Below are positions 50,277 through 60,409 of a stretch of DNA of 64,000 bases, one piece after another. Each line of letters opens with the position of its first letter. Within the stretch, counting starts at the first letter, position 1. The translations under genes and the position numbers were made by a program. This stretch comes from a bacterium (GTDB lineage Bacteria; SZUA-182; DTGQ01). The DNA is taken from assembly GCA_023512255.1 (NCBI GenBank), contig JAILZY010000009.1, positions 4,011 to 68,010 of the forward strand, given 5' to 3'. The notes beneath the pieces are model-generated. The model worked only from the letters and a program-made list of their open reading frames with translations, was not told where the DNA came from and ran no database searches.

Positions 50277-51358
50277 ATACCTTTCAAAAAGTCAAGTCCA
50301 GGATTAAGCGGTTTGTTGTGCCTGCCTTGTTTCGCTGTGGCTATTATTCCTGGCTCCTGCACACTAAGGGAAGGAGCAACCGATGTTTGATTCTGATGTA
50401 TCATCGTATTGGTAGCCGGAATGATGCCGGAGGATGCCTTGGCGGTCAGGATGGAATCAGCCGGTCAAGTTTTGAAAAACAGATGCAGTTTCTGAGAGAG
50501 CATATGACCCCGATGCCTCTTTCTGTTTTAGTCAAAAGCCTTAAATTTAGACGCCGTATTCCTCCGAGGGCGGTGGTGGTTACCTTTGACGATGGATACG
50601 CGGATAATTACCTGAATGCCTATCCGGTGTTAAAAAAGTACCGCATTCCGGCCACCATTTTTTTGGCTACCGGCTATATCAGCACTGGGAGGCGGTTTTG
50701 GTGGGATCAACTGAGGGCCATGATTAGGCAAAACCCTGATCTGCCATTGCTTATGGCTAAAAAGGGCCTTCTACCCCCAGAGATCAAGGAAGGGTGGTTT
50801 TCGGCTGGACCGAGAAACCAGCACGAGCTGGTAGAATCGTTGATCTCCCATATCTGGCAGCATCAGAATATGCGTCCTGATAAATGGATAGAGCTTCTGG
50901 AGCAGGAAATTGAACATAATCTCCTGCCAAGCGATGATTATGCTCCTTTGAGCTGGGAGCATGTTCAGGAGATGAGCCGCCATGATTTTGATTTTGGCTC
51001 GCATACGGTCAGCCACCCTAATATGGTGCACCTTTCCTCTCGTGAGGTTGAGGAAGAGCTTGGAGTTTCCAAGAGAACTATCGAGCAGCATCTTGGCCGG
51101 CCAGTGGAAGGTTTTGCCTATCCAATAGGCCGGGGAGAGCACTACGATAGCCGGATAAAAGCGCTAGTGCAGAAAGTAGGCTTTCAGTATGCCTGCACAG
51201 CTCAATTGGGCTGCATTTGGCCTGAAAAGTGGGATATATTTTCCCTTAATCGGATTTCACCCCCAAGCTCTCTACCCTATTTTGTGCGGGACATAAGCTT
51301 TTATCTAACCTTTCCCTATCCGGTAACAAGTCATGGCAATCGCATCATAATTGGCTAG
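50273..51358 (+). CDS. Polysaccharide deacetylase (NodB/CE4)
   Basis: ILMYHR, VTFDDGYADN, PATIFL, FGSHTVSHP, FAYPIG. Confidence 0.9.
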   Translation: MNTFQKVKSRIKRFVVPALFRCGYYSWLLHTKGRSNRCLILMYHRIGSRNDAGGCLGGQDGISRSSFEKQMQFLREHMTPMPLSVLVKSLKFRRRIPPRAVVVTFDDGYADNYLNAYPVLKKYRIPATIFLATGYISTGRRFWWDQLRAMIRQNPDLPLLMAKKGLLPPEIKEGWFSAGPRNQHELVESLISHIWQHQNMRPDKWIELLEQEIEHNLLPSDDYAPLSWEHVQEMSRHDFDFGSHTVSHPNMVHLSSREVEEELGVSKRTIEQHLGRPVEGFAYPIGRGEHYDSRIKALVQKVGFQYACTAQLGCIWPEKWDIFSLNRISPPSSLPYFVRDISFYLTFPYPVTSHGNRIIIG

Positions 51359-51496
51359 TCAATAATATCAATATGTTACATAATAAAGCTAATTATGTTT
51401 AATCCATATAAGTATTTGATATCTTTGGATATTAGCAGAATGTTAGCAGATTTTTTCAGGCCATTGCCCTAGATAAGCGAGCAGGGCTTGTCTACG

Positions 51497-52783
51497 ATGA
51501 AGAAGATGAAGCGGGTTTTGATGATCTCTTACTATTATCCCCCCTTGCTGGATGTTGGGGCTTTGAGGGCTCTTGGATTTTCCCGCTATCTGCCAGAATA
51601 TGGCTGGCAGCCTTATGTGGTTTCGGTTAAAAACCCTGACCCTGCTTACTGTCTGTTGGGGCAAGAGCCTTGCCCTGAGCAGGTCAAGATTATCTATACC
51701 CGCTCGCTGGTCAATCTGGCTCGACTCAACGGGTTGATCAACGGCGGTCTGTGTCGGCTGCTCGAATTTTTGGGTTGTGAGAATATTCAGAATCCGGCTG
51801 ATATTCTCTTTTTACCCGATATCTTTGTCGGTTGGATTCCGCTCTCTTGCTGGACAGCCTACCGGCTGATTCGCCGATATGGCATTGAGGTTATCTATGT
51901 TTCAGCCAAGCCTTTTAGCTCCACACTGACTGGCGTCGTACTGAAGAGGCTGACTGGGAAATTTCTGATCCTTGATTTTAGAGATCCCATCTCCTTGGAA
52001 GCCATGGAAGGAGATGAGCCGGGAGAAAGCAACAGACTGTATTGGAAAATTATCCGAAAGCTTGAGCATCTGGTTGTCAAGCAGGCAGACTGGCTGCTGG
52101 TAACGAGCCAGAAAACCCAGGAAAAATATCTCTCACTTTATCCCTTCCTTAAGGATAGGTGTTCGGTCATCTATAATGGATTTTTTGATGAGCTTTTGCC
52201 CAAAAGCCCGGCATCTGCCTCAAGCTGTCGATTTTCCATTATTTATACCGGCAACTTCTATCCAACCTTGCCGGGATCGGATATCTTTTTCCAGGGATTG
52301 CAGCAGGTTTTAGCCGAAGGTAAAATTCCTCGGCATAAGATTAGCTTTTTATATTTTGGCGATAACCGAGAATGGTTTCAAGGGATGAGAGAGAAATACG
52401 GCCTGTATGACGTAGCTTGGCATTGTGGACACACGAGCCGCAGGAAGGCTCTTCAGTACATTTCAGACTCTTCCCTCTTTCTCCTGCGGTCCAGGGGGAA
52501 TATGGTCAGCGCCAAGCTCTATGAGGCCTTGGCTCTTGGGAAGCCTATCCTTTCCCTGGACTCAACTGAGGAGGTAAGTCAACTGATCAGGAGCTATTCA
52601 TCGAATTTCTATCTCCTGTTCAGTGGGGACGGCCCAGCGAAGGTAGCCGAAGCTATCCATCATGCTTATACCAGATGGGAGATAGGGGACTGGCCAGCCG
52701 TCCCAAATCCGGAATATCTAGAAAAATTCAATAAGCGGCAGTTGACCAGACAACTTGCGGCCATTTTGGATAAGGTTAGCTAG
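51497..52783 (+). CDS. Glycosyltransferase, GT4-like
   Basis: VLMISYYYPP, LPEYGWQP, LDFRDP, IYNGF, YTG..Y, KLYE.LA.GKPIL. Confidence 0.82.
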   Translation: MKKMKRVLMISYYYPPLLDVGALRALGFSRYLPEYGWQPYVVSVKNPDPAYCLLGQEPCPEQVKIIYTRSLVNLARLNGLINGGLCRLLEFLGCENIQNPADILFLPDIFVGWIPLSCWTAYRLIRRYGIEVIYVSAKPFSSTLTGVVLKRLTGKFLILDFRDPISLEAMEGDEPGESNRLYWKIIRKLEHLVVKQADWLLVTSQKTQEKYLSLYPFLKDRCSVIYNGFFDELLPKSPASASSCRFSIIYTGNFYPTLPGSDIFFQGLQQVLAEGKIPRHKISFLYFGDNREWFQGMREKYGLYDVAWHCGHTSRRKALQYISDSSLFLLRSRGNMVSAKLYEALALGKPILSLDSTEEVSQLIRSYSSNFYLLFSGDGPAKVAEAIHHAYTRWEIGDWPAVPNPEYLEKFNKRQLTRQLAAILDKVS

Positions 52784-52788
52784 AGAAG

Positions 52789-54255
52789 GTGCTGGAAGAG
52801 CACACGGCAGGGGAGATTTCAGTCAGACGAAGGGTCAGATTTGCGGCCACATGGCTTGCCGGAACAAGGCTCCTTGGACAGCTTCTGACCCTGGGCATGA
52901 CTGTGCTGATTACCAGGCTCCTTCAGCCGGCTGATTTTGGTCTTTACGGCATGGCCAATCTGGTCATTTCCTTTTTGACCCTGTTTGAGGGGGTTGGGCT
53001 TGATGCCGCTATTATCCAGAAGCAGAATTTAGCGGTCGAGGATGCAGATCGAAGTTTTTGGCTCATGCTATTGATTAATCTTGGGCTGTATGGGATAACC
53101 TTTGCACTCTCTCCGCTTCTGGCTTGGTTTTTTCGCGAGAGGCAGCTTTCTGGCATGATCAGGATTTTGGGGCTAAATTTGATTTTGGTTGCTCTGTACG
53201 GCGTGCCCTACAATCTTATGACCAGGGAGCTGGCCTTTGATCAGCGATCTAAGGCAGAGCTAGTCTCAGGGGTAGGACATAGCCTGATCTGTTTGATTAT
53301 GGTTTTGGCTGGCTGGGGAGTTTGGGCCTTGGTCTACAGCAGCCTGGCCACGCCGCTAATTATGCTTGGCCTGATTTACTATTATCAGCCCTGGATTCCC
53401 AGACTCTGCTCTCCCTTCAGCGGGGAGAGCCGGGGGCTGTTAAACTTTGGCAGCCAAATCATGCTCTCCCGCCTTCTGTGGTACGCCTATTCCAACTCCG
53501 ATTTTCTCATTGCTGGTCGTCTGTTGGGCAAAGAGGCCCTAGGGTACTATACCCTGGCCTTTGAAATGGCCTCTCTTCCTTTAGAAAAGGTGGTGTCGAT
53601 GATTCCCCAGATTGCCTATCCCACCTTTGCCCAAGTTCAGCATGAGGAGGAGAGAGTGAGGCATTACTTTTTGAAAACCTGCCGGCTAGTGGCGCTGATC
53701 GTCTTTCCTCTCTTTCTGGGTCTTTTCCTTGTGGCCGAAGACCTTATTAGGCTGGTTTTGACTGGAAAGTGGGCCGCGGCCATCGGCCCGCTGAAGATTC
53801 TCTGTCTTATGTCTATCCTACGCTCTTTGGCTGTCCTGGGTGCGCCGCTGACCAATGCCCTGGGCAGACCCAATATCGCCCTGCTCAATTCGCTCCTCTG
53901 TGCCCTGATTTTGCCGCCGACATTCTGGGTGGGAGCAAGATTTGGCATTCAGGGGATTTCGCTGGCCTGGCTGATCGCCTACCCTTTTTTATTTTTGATC
54001 ATAACCTCAAATTCCATCCACACTATCCGAATTACCCTGAGGGAGTACTGGCTAAACCTTCTGCCTGTGATCGAGGCGAGCCTCTTTATGCTGCTGGTGA
54101 TATTCGGATTGCAGAGCTTGTTTTGGTCAGCTCTAACCTTGTGGTTTCGGCTATTTTTGACCTGCTTTCTGGGAGCTGTCTGTTATGTGGGTATCTTGTG
54201 GCTGGCTAACCGCTCTTTGCTTGAAGAACTTTTGGAATTTATCAGGAGAGATTGA
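52789..54255 (+). CDS. wzx: Wzx-type polysaccharide flippase
   Basis: RLLQPADFGL, many TM helices, GWGVWALV, D..I.GRLLG...LGYY. Confidence 0.85.
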   Translation: MLEEHTAGEISVRRRVRFAATWLAGTRLLGQLLTLGMTVLITRLLQPADFGLYGMANLVISFLTLFEGVGLDAAIIQKQNLAVEDADRSFWLMLLINLGLYGITFALSPLLAWFFRERQLSGMIRILGLNLILVALYGVPYNLMTRELAFDQRSKAELVSGVGHSLICLIMVLAGWGVWALVYSSLATPLIMLGLIYYYQPWIPRLCSPFSGESRGLLNFGSQIMLSRLLWYAYSNSDFLIAGRLLGKEALGYYTLAFEMASLPLEKVVSMIPQIAYPTFAQVQHEEERVRHYFLKTCRLVALIVFPLFLGLFLVAEDLIRLVLTGKWAAAIGPLKILCLMSILRSLAVLGAPLTNALGRPNIALLNSLLCALILPPTFWVGARFGIQGISLAWLIAYPFLFLIITSNSIHTIRITLREYWLNLLPVIEASLFMLLVIFGLQSLFWSALTLWFRLFLTCFLGAVCYVGILWLANRSLLEELLEFIRRD

Positions 54256-54259
54256 CTAT

Positions 54260-56122
54260 ATGCCAGGATTATTCGGTTTTTATCGAAAGAAACCCTTTTC
54301 ACTGGAAAGATCCTCGGCGCTGCTAGCCAAGATGAAGGGACAGATGCAGCACACATCAAGCGGGGTCAGCGATTCGTATAGCCTCGATCGGTTTGCCGCC
54401 GGACGGCTGACCCTCGGCATTTTGGCTCCATCGCCCCAGCCGCTGATCAGCCCCGATGGGCGGTATATTCTCTTTTTTGATGGACAAATTTACGAATACC
54501 ACACCCTGGCCAAGGAGCTGAAAGAGCGAGGATATACATTTGCCCAAAACTCAGAGGCTGAGCTGATCATGAATCTTTTTCTCGACCAGGGCAAGAGGTT
54601 TGCTCAATTGATTAAGGGGATATTTACGGTGGTCATCTACGATCAGCTCAGCCATTCGCTTCTTTTGGCCAATGACCGCTACGGCCTTTTCCCTCTCTAC
54701 TGCCAGGATAGTGAGGATCAGTTTGCCTTTGCCTCAGAACTTAAGGCCCTTTTGCCAGTGATGGATGGTGAGCGAAAGGTTAACCGCAGTGCTTTATGCG
54801 ACTTTTATAATTTTCAATTTATCACCGCAGATGATACCTTTCTGGAAGGGGTCAGTCTCCTTCCCTATGCTACGGTTATGGAGATAAGCGAAAGCGGCCT
54901 GCTCCAGGAACGCTATTGGGATTATCCCTACCAGAATCAGGAGAAGGACCGGGGGCTAGATGAGCTGGCCGAGGAAGGTTATTTGCTGATCCGCAAGGCG
55001 GTCCAAAATCAGTGGAAGACAGGTTTTAAGATCGGTATCCCTTTGAGCGGTGGGCTTGATTCGCGGCTTTTGGGGACGATAGCCTCAAAGATAGCTTCAC
55101 AGAATAAACAACGGGTAAATTTTTTCCATGCCGGCAGCAATCCGCGGTATCGGGAAACCCAGATTGCACAACGGGTTTGTGGCTCGCTGGGTGGAGAGTG
55201 GCATTTTGTTGATCTTCTGTCCCAGGATATCAGCACCTTGATCCCAGAGGTGCTCAGCTTGAATGATAGCCATTTTTCCTGTCATCAGAGCTGGCTACTT
55301 GGAGTAGCCAAACGAGCCGCCAGAGAGGGTAAGGCTAATATACTCCTTGATGGCTACTGCTTTGATGCCCAATTAGGCTCGACATTTTCCATCCTCGGTC
55401 CCACCCCCCCTTCTGAAGAGCGGTGTAAGCTGATTCGCACCATCTATTGCGGCCTTCAGCCAGAGCTTGCCCAGCAATTTTTCACCCCTGAATTTGCCCG
55501 CTCTCTGATCCAGGTTACGGATGAAAATATCCGCCGGATGAGCAAGGAGCGGGATGGAGAGCCTGTTGAAAACTGGCTGCAATATTTTTGCTTTGTCAAT
55601 CGGGCCCGCCGATACACCATCGGCAATTCCTGGGTAGGCCGCAACTATATTGAAAGCGCCTTCCCATACTTAGACTATGATCTTTTTGATTTCTGCCTGC
55701 GGCTTCCCTCTCAATACCGTTACCAGAGCAGGCTTTATCGACATATTTTCTTGCGCTATTTTCCCGCTCTGGCCAAGATCCCCTGGAGCAAAACCGGGCT
55801 TGCCCTGGATCGCTACCAGAGCAGTCTAAGCCGCTTATGGGACCTGATCAAAGGATCGGGCTACTATCTCAACCGCCTGAGCTGTGGACAGCTTGAGTGC
55901 GGAAATCTTGATGTAGATGCTAATCGCAGATTTCGCAAAGATCCAGCCTTCAGACGGTTTTTCATGGATATTTTGCGGGATGAGCGGACCGCAACCCGAG
56001 GGACTGTCTCTCGTCGAGGGATTGATAATCTTATTCGCTGCCTCGATTCGGGGAGGAATTATTTCCATCTGATCGAAGCTATTGTTACGGTGGAATTTTT
56101 CTTTCGCTCGTTTGTGGATTAA
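54260..56122 (+). CDS. Asparagine synthase-like amidoligase lacking the N-terminal Cys
   Basis: Start ATG 54260 (MPGLFG) after AGGAG; ANDRYG..PL, FASELKAL, PP-loop LSGGLDSR, PYLD. Confidence 0.85.
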   Translation: MPGLFGFYRKKPFSLERSSALLAKMKGQMQHTSSGVSDSYSLDRFAAGRLTLGILAPSPQPLISPDGRYILFFDGQIYEYHTLAKELKERGYTFAQNSEAELIMNLFLDQGKRFAQLIKGIFTVVIYDQLSHSLLLANDRYGLFPLYCQDSEDQFAFASELKALLPVMDGERKVNRSALCDFYNFQFITADDTFLEGVSLLPYATVMEISESGLLQERYWDYPYQNQEKDRGLDELAEEGYLLIRKAVQNQWKTGFKIGIPLSGGLDSRLLGTIASKIASQNKQRVNFFHAGSNPRYRETQIAQRVCGSLGGEWHFVDLLSQDISTLIPEVLSLNDSHFSCHQSWLLGVAKRAAREGKANILLDGYCFDAQLGSTFSILGPTPPSEERCKLIRTIYCGLQPELAQQFFTPEFARSLIQVTDENIRRMSKERDGEPVENWLQYFCFVNRARRYTIGNSWVGRNYIESAFPYLDYDLFDFCLRLPSQYRYQSRLYRHIFLRYFPALAKIPWSKTGLALDRYQSSLSRLWDLIKGSGYYLNRLSCGQLECGNLDVDANRRFRKDPAFRRFFMDILRDERTATRGTVSRRGIDNLIRCLDSGRNYFHLIEAIVTVEFFFRSFVD

Positions 56123-56222
56123 GGTTTTGTGGATTAAGAAATTTTGTGGATTAAGGGATATTAGGGATTATTAAGGGATTATTCAAGGAGATAGTTTCTT
56201 TCGCTGTCTTTTCGCCTTGCCA

Positions 56223-57452
56223 ATGAGCTCTGGTCCAATTAGCCTGGTGGCAGTAGGAGATATCTGTCTGGGGATGGGGGTTGGGGATTTGGTCCGGCAG
56301 TTTGGTCCTGATTTCCCCTTTGCTCCCTGCAGCCGGATTCTGCATAAGGCAGACCTTGTTTTTGGCAATCTGGAGATGGTTTTCTATAATCCCAAAACGC
56401 CCCTTATCAAGGAGAGATGTTCCCAATCTTTGATGGAAGCCCCCCATACTTTTCTTCCCCTTGATAGGGGATCGGGTGAGCCGGGGCTATTTCAGGATGA
56501 TGCCATGAGCCACCTTCCCCTTCTTGATTTCAAAGTCCCCTTGGCTTATGGTCAGGGGCTTGCCCGGGCAGGATTTCGCCTGCTTAGTGCCGCTAATAAC
56601 CATATCATGGACTTTGGCTTTGCCGTATGCCAGGATACCTTGGACTTTTTAAAAGAGCAGGGGATTATGACCGCAGGATGCGGAAGGAATCTGGCTGAGG
56701 CGAGAAAACCAGCTATTCTGACGGTGCGGGGAAAGCAGATCGGCCTTCTGGCCTATGCCGATGACAGTGGTCAGTTTGCCCGGCCTGGGCAAGCTGGGGT
56801 AGCTCCGATCAAGAAAAAATATCTACTTGAGGATATCAAGGCTCTGCGTCCACAGGTTGATATTCTGGTTGTGTCTCTTCATGCCGACCTTGAATTTGTA
56901 GCCTATCCCGCGCCCTGGCGGGTTAGGTTGTCTCGGCGGCTCATCGAGGCGGGAGCAGATGTCGTACTCCAGCATCATCCGCATGTGCCCCAAGGGATTG
57001 AGCGCTACCGCGAAGGACTGATTGCCTACAGTCTGGGGAGTTTCGTTTTCCCCATTTGGGGAAACAGCTATGCCCAGCAGCGACCTTATACGGATCAAAG
57101 TCTTATCCTTAATCTTCACCTTGATAGGCACAGGATTTTAGGGTATGAGATTTGGCCGGTGCGAATCAATACTTACCATCAGCCGCTGCTCATGGAGGGT
57201 GAAGATCGACAGGAATTCCTTCGGTATCTTCGAGCGATTTCCCTACCCCTTGGCTGTCCTGATCTTCTGGATCGGCTATGGGCGAAAAGCTGTAGGCAGG
57301 CGGCAAGTGCCTACTGCTCCTGGCTGAAAGGGATTTACTGGCAGGAGGGATGGCCGGGGGTATTTCGGCAGATCGCTCTTTTAGCCAAGAGCACGGAAAA
57401 GCGGCGCTGGGTGCTTGGTCTTGTATCTGGCCTGGGGCGGTTTGGATTTTAA
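56223..57452 (+). CDS. CapA/PgsA-family metallophosphoesterase-like protein
   Basis: VGDI, GNLE, ANNHIMDFG, VSLH, HHPHVPQGIE, YSLG.F. Confidence 0.85.
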   Translation: MSSGPISLVAVGDICLGMGVGDLVRQFGPDFPFAPCSRILHKADLVFGNLEMVFYNPKTPLIKERCSQSLMEAPHTFLPLDRGSGEPGLFQDDAMSHLPLLDFKVPLAYGQGLARAGFRLLSAANNHIMDFGFAVCQDTLDFLKEQGIMTAGCGRNLAEARKPAILTVRGKQIGLLAYADDSGQFARPGQAGVAPIKKKYLLEDIKALRPQVDILVVSLHADLEFVAYPAPWRVRLSRRLIEAGADVVLQHHPHVPQGIERYREGLIAYSLGSFVFPIWGNSYAQQRPYTDQSLILNLHLDRHRILGYEIWPVRINTYHQPLLMEGEDRQEFLRYLRAISLPLGCPDLLDRLWAKSCRQAASAYCSWLKGIYWQEGWPGVFRQIALLAKSTEKRRWVLGLVSGLGRFGF

Positions 57453-57458
57453 TCCCCG

Positions 57459-58727
57459 ATGATGCTCTCTTTCTATCTCTGGACCCTGATTATAATTGGC
57501 CGCCCCCAGGATATCTTTCCCGATCTTCTGTTTCACCTTCATCCGGGTAAGATAGCGGCTTTGCTTACTATCGGGCTCTATGGATTGAACATCAAGAAAA
57601 GGGTTAATGAGGATCTGTTCAAAAGCCCTGAGGTTTTGATTTTTCTGCTCTTTGGACTTCTTATGGTCGCCTCTGGTTTATTCGGTGTCTATCCACGGCA
57701 GAGCCTAGAGTTTTTGAAACAGGATTTTTTAAAACTGGCTATATACTTTCTGATCCTAAGCCGGATTATAATTACCCCCGATGATATCCGCAAGCTTGCC
57801 TGGGTGATTGTCTTAGCTGCGGTTATGATTTCTCTGGCCAGCCTTCGGTTGAAGGCTCAGGGTGAGCGGATCAGTGTCGGCACCATGTATGACCCAAATG
57901 ATCTGGCTATGGTCCTGGTCATATCCTTCCCCTTTCTTCTGCACTTTTTCCTTGAGGGCGGAAGGGTTCAGAAGGCAGCTTTGGCTGGAGCTGGGGCTAT
58001 TGTCTTGTCAGCCTTTTTACTCACCAAGTCGCGGGGAGGCTTCTTAGGCCTGGTAGCTGTTATCCTAGCCTTTGCAGCCACAGGCTCCTCCGGGGAGCCA
58101 GATGGGGGGAAAAAGTGGTCCAAGAGGGTGGTTATTCTGCTCCTGACTCTGGCTCTGGCTGGTTTGGCCACCAGCCAGTACTGGCAACGCATCCGAACTA
58201 TTTTCTCTCGCCAGGACCGAGGCTCCATGAGAGAAGTGATCTGGAAGCGAGGGCTGGTTCTATTTGCCGAACACCCTTGGCTGGGGGTTGGGGTTGACTG
58301 CTTTTCCACTGCCTATGGCCGGGCTCTTGAGCAGGGAAAGTTTTATCATCTTGGGAATGTATATGATCGGGCTTGGAAAGCGGCTCACAATAGCTTTTTG
58401 CAGGTAGGAGCCGAGATGGGCATTTTCGGCTTTCTGATTTTCCTTTTCCTGATCGGCCTATCTTGCTGGAATTTCCAGCAGGCCAAGTACCTAGCCCGGG
58501 TCGCCTCGGCTCCGGATATCCAGCAGCTGGCCGAGATGTTTTCCCTAGGATTGATCGGCTTTCTAGTCTGCGGCTTTTTTCTCTCTCAGGCCTATTCAGT
58601 CTTTCCATACCTCTTTTTGGCTGTTTCGGGTCTTTTGCGCCGCCAGGCGGCAAGTTGCCAAGTGGCAAGTTGCCAAGTGGAAAGCGGCCAGAAGGATGGA
58701 AGAAGCCAGAAGGATGGAATAAGATGA
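57459..58727 (+). CDS. O-antigen ligase/polymerase family membrane protein
   Basis: GRPQ, DPNDLA, TKSRGGFLG, HPWLGVG, AHNSFLQVGAEMG..G. Confidence 0.85.
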   Translation: MMLSFYLWTLIIIGRPQDIFPDLLFHLHPGKIAALLTIGLYGLNIKKRVNEDLFKSPEVLIFLLFGLLMVASGLFGVYPRQSLEFLKQDFLKLAIYFLILSRIIITPDDIRKLAWVIVLAAVMISLASLRLKAQGERISVGTMYDPNDLAMVLVISFPFLLHFFLEGGRVQKAALAGAGAIVLSAFLLTKSRGGFLGLVAVILAFAATGSSGEPDGGKKWSKRVVILLLTLALAGLATSQYWQRIRTIFSRQDRGSMREVIWKRGLVLFAEHPWLGVGVDCFSTAYGRALEQGKFYHLGNVYDRAWKAAHNSFLQVGAEMGIFGFLIFLFLIGLSCWNFQQAKYLARVASAPDIQQLAEMFSLGLIGFLVCGFFLSQAYSVFPYLFLAVSGLLRRQAASCQVASCQVESGQKDGRSQKDGIR

Positions 58728-60097
58728 GTCAAAAGCAGCCAGCAGTGGTGGGCCAGCGAGTCGAAGACTGGGGGCTTGAAAATCGGCAGGGGCTGCTTAT
58801 CATTGACGGTGTAAGTTGTCTGGATCTGGTCAGGGAATTTGGCACTCCCCTGCATGTGGTTCACGAGAGGCGGCTTCAGAGCAACATCAGGCGCTTTAGA
58901 GCCGCGTTTTCAGGATATGAGCCTGGGGTGCAGATTTTCTATTCCTACAAATCAAATGGCATCCCTGGAGTATTGAAGCTTCTACACCAGAGGGGAGAAG
59001 AAGAGGGAGAAGAAGGACTTGGGGCCGAGGTCATATCGCCTTATGAATTGTGGCTAGCCATGCGGATGGGAGTGGATCCCCGGCGGATTGTCTATAATGG
59101 CCTGGATAAGCCGCCTGATAGTCTGAGACTGGCTCTTGGGGCCGGAGTGAGAATCAATGCCGACTCCCTTATAGAGCTGAAGCGGCTTGAAGCTGTGGCC
59201 AAAGAGCTTGGCGTTGGCTGTGAAATAGGAATTAGGGTTTGCCCTCAGGTTGGCTGGAATTCCCAGTTCGGCCTGGGACTTGCTAATGGGCAGGCTGAGC
59301 AGGCCATAGACTATATTAGCCGCTCCTCATACCTTACCTGCACCGGCCTGATGTGTCATGTTACTACCCGAGCCACGGAAGCAAAGCCTCATATCAGAGC
59401 CTGCTTGGAGCTTGTGCGGTTTGCGGCCAAAGTTTGCCGCCGCTACGGCCTCAAGATCAAAACCCTTGATCTTGGGGGAGGCTTTGGGGTGCCAACCGTC
59501 AAGGGGCTCTCTTACTGGGAGAGCCTTTGCTACCGGCTCTTGAACCACCCACCAAAGCCACCAAAGGCTGGAGAGTGCCAGCCGATTGAGAGCCTGGCCG
59601 AGCAAATCCTGAGCGCACTCGGCAGGGAGTGCGAGCGGCTGAAGATCGACCCACCCATCCTCTGCCTTGAGCCGGGCAGAATTATTACTAGCGATGCTCA
59701 ACTGCTGCTGTTAACGGTGGCGGGAGTAAAGCCCGGCGACAAAAGATGCCTCTTTGCCATTACCGATGGCGGAAGGTTTACTACTAACTACCCCCTGGAT
59801 CATGAGTACCATGCCGCTTTTGTGGCCAATAGGCTGAATGATCCCCCTGGGCAGGAATATTTCGTGGTCGGAAGGCTGTGCTCCCCTGGTGATTGGGTTT
59901 TTCGAAGCATTCGTCTGCCTTGGCTTCAGGCTGGAGACATATTGGCTATTATGGATTCGGGCGCCTATTTTACCCAGTTTTCGACCAATTTCTCCTTTCC
60001 ACGAGCCGCGGTTGTGGCTGTGAGGGATGGTGTGGCCAGGGTTTTACGGCAGAGGGAAACCTATGAGTATATGATCGGCATGGATATTTGGTCTTGA
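58724..60097 (+). CDS. Group IV PLP-dependent decarboxylase (LysA-like)
   Basis: ATGA overlap with the upstream gene; FGTPLHV, YSYKSN (PLP Lys), DLGGGFG, EPGR, GRLC..GD, GAY; HVTT replaces HIGS. Confidence 0.82.
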   Translation: MSQKQPAVVGQRVEDWGLENRQGLLIIDGVSCLDLVREFGTPLHVVHERRLQSNIRRFRAAFSGYEPGVQIFYSYKSNGIPGVLKLLHQRGEEEGEEGLGAEVISPYELWLAMRMGVDPRRIVYNGLDKPPDSLRLALGAGVRINADSLIELKRLEAVAKELGVGCEIGIRVCPQVGWNSQFGLGLANGQAEQAIDYISRSSYLTCTGLMCHVTTRATEAKPHIRACLELVRFAAKVCRRYGLKIKTLDLGGGFGVPTVKGLSYWESLCYRLLNHPPKPPKAGECQPIESLAEQILSALGRECERLKIDPPILCLEPGRIITSDAQLLLLTVAGVKPGDKRCLFAITDGGRFTTNYPLDHEYHAAFVANRLNDPPGQEYFVVGRLCSPGDWVFRSIRLPWLQAGDILAIMDSGAYFTQFSTNFSFPRAAVVAVRDGVARVLRQRETYEYMIGMDIWS

Positions 60098-60177
60098 AAT
60101 TCTTGCCATGCCTTGAAATTCTTGAAAGTTATCTTTCGTAATTACTACCGGACACATTTTATCTTCTGGTTTTGTAT

Positions 60178-60329
60178 ATGCCTTCTAATATTACAACGAG
60201 ACATTGTTCCTTATACTAGCCATTTCATCTGTCCTGCGGTGTAGAGAATCGACGCGTTATCCTCATAAATTCCTACTTCAAGCAGGAAAGATGTTTGGGA
60301 AGTCTCGTTGTAAGACTAAGTGCAGGCAT
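60178..60329. repeat. ~150-nt nested foldback element
   Basis: atgcct/aggcat, ttacaacgagac/gtctcgttgtaa (perfect 12 bp), catctgtcctgc/gcaggaaagatg, gtagagaat/attcctac. Confidence 0.7.
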
Positions 60330-60334
60330 TTCAT

Positions 60335-60361
60335 GTCATTCTCGCCTAGGCGGGAATCCAG
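60335..60361 (+). repeat. REP-like palindrome
   Basis: gtcattctcgcctaggcgggaatccag resembles the widespread GTCATTCCCGC..GCGGGAATC repeat type. Confidence 0.6.
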
Positions 60362-60409
60362 AGGGTTGCTGCAATTAAAGGAAATAGGTAAGATCGAGGA
60401 AATAAAAAT

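Noticed and set aside
54185-54259. Upstream start of the Asn-synthase ORF
   Set aside because: Overlaps the wzx 3' end; ATG 54260 has an RBS and matches the usual family start position
58463-58723. N-terminal extension of the decarboxylase ORF
   Set aside because: Overlaps the ligase gene by about 260 nt; the ATG at 58724 gives a standard ATGA coupling
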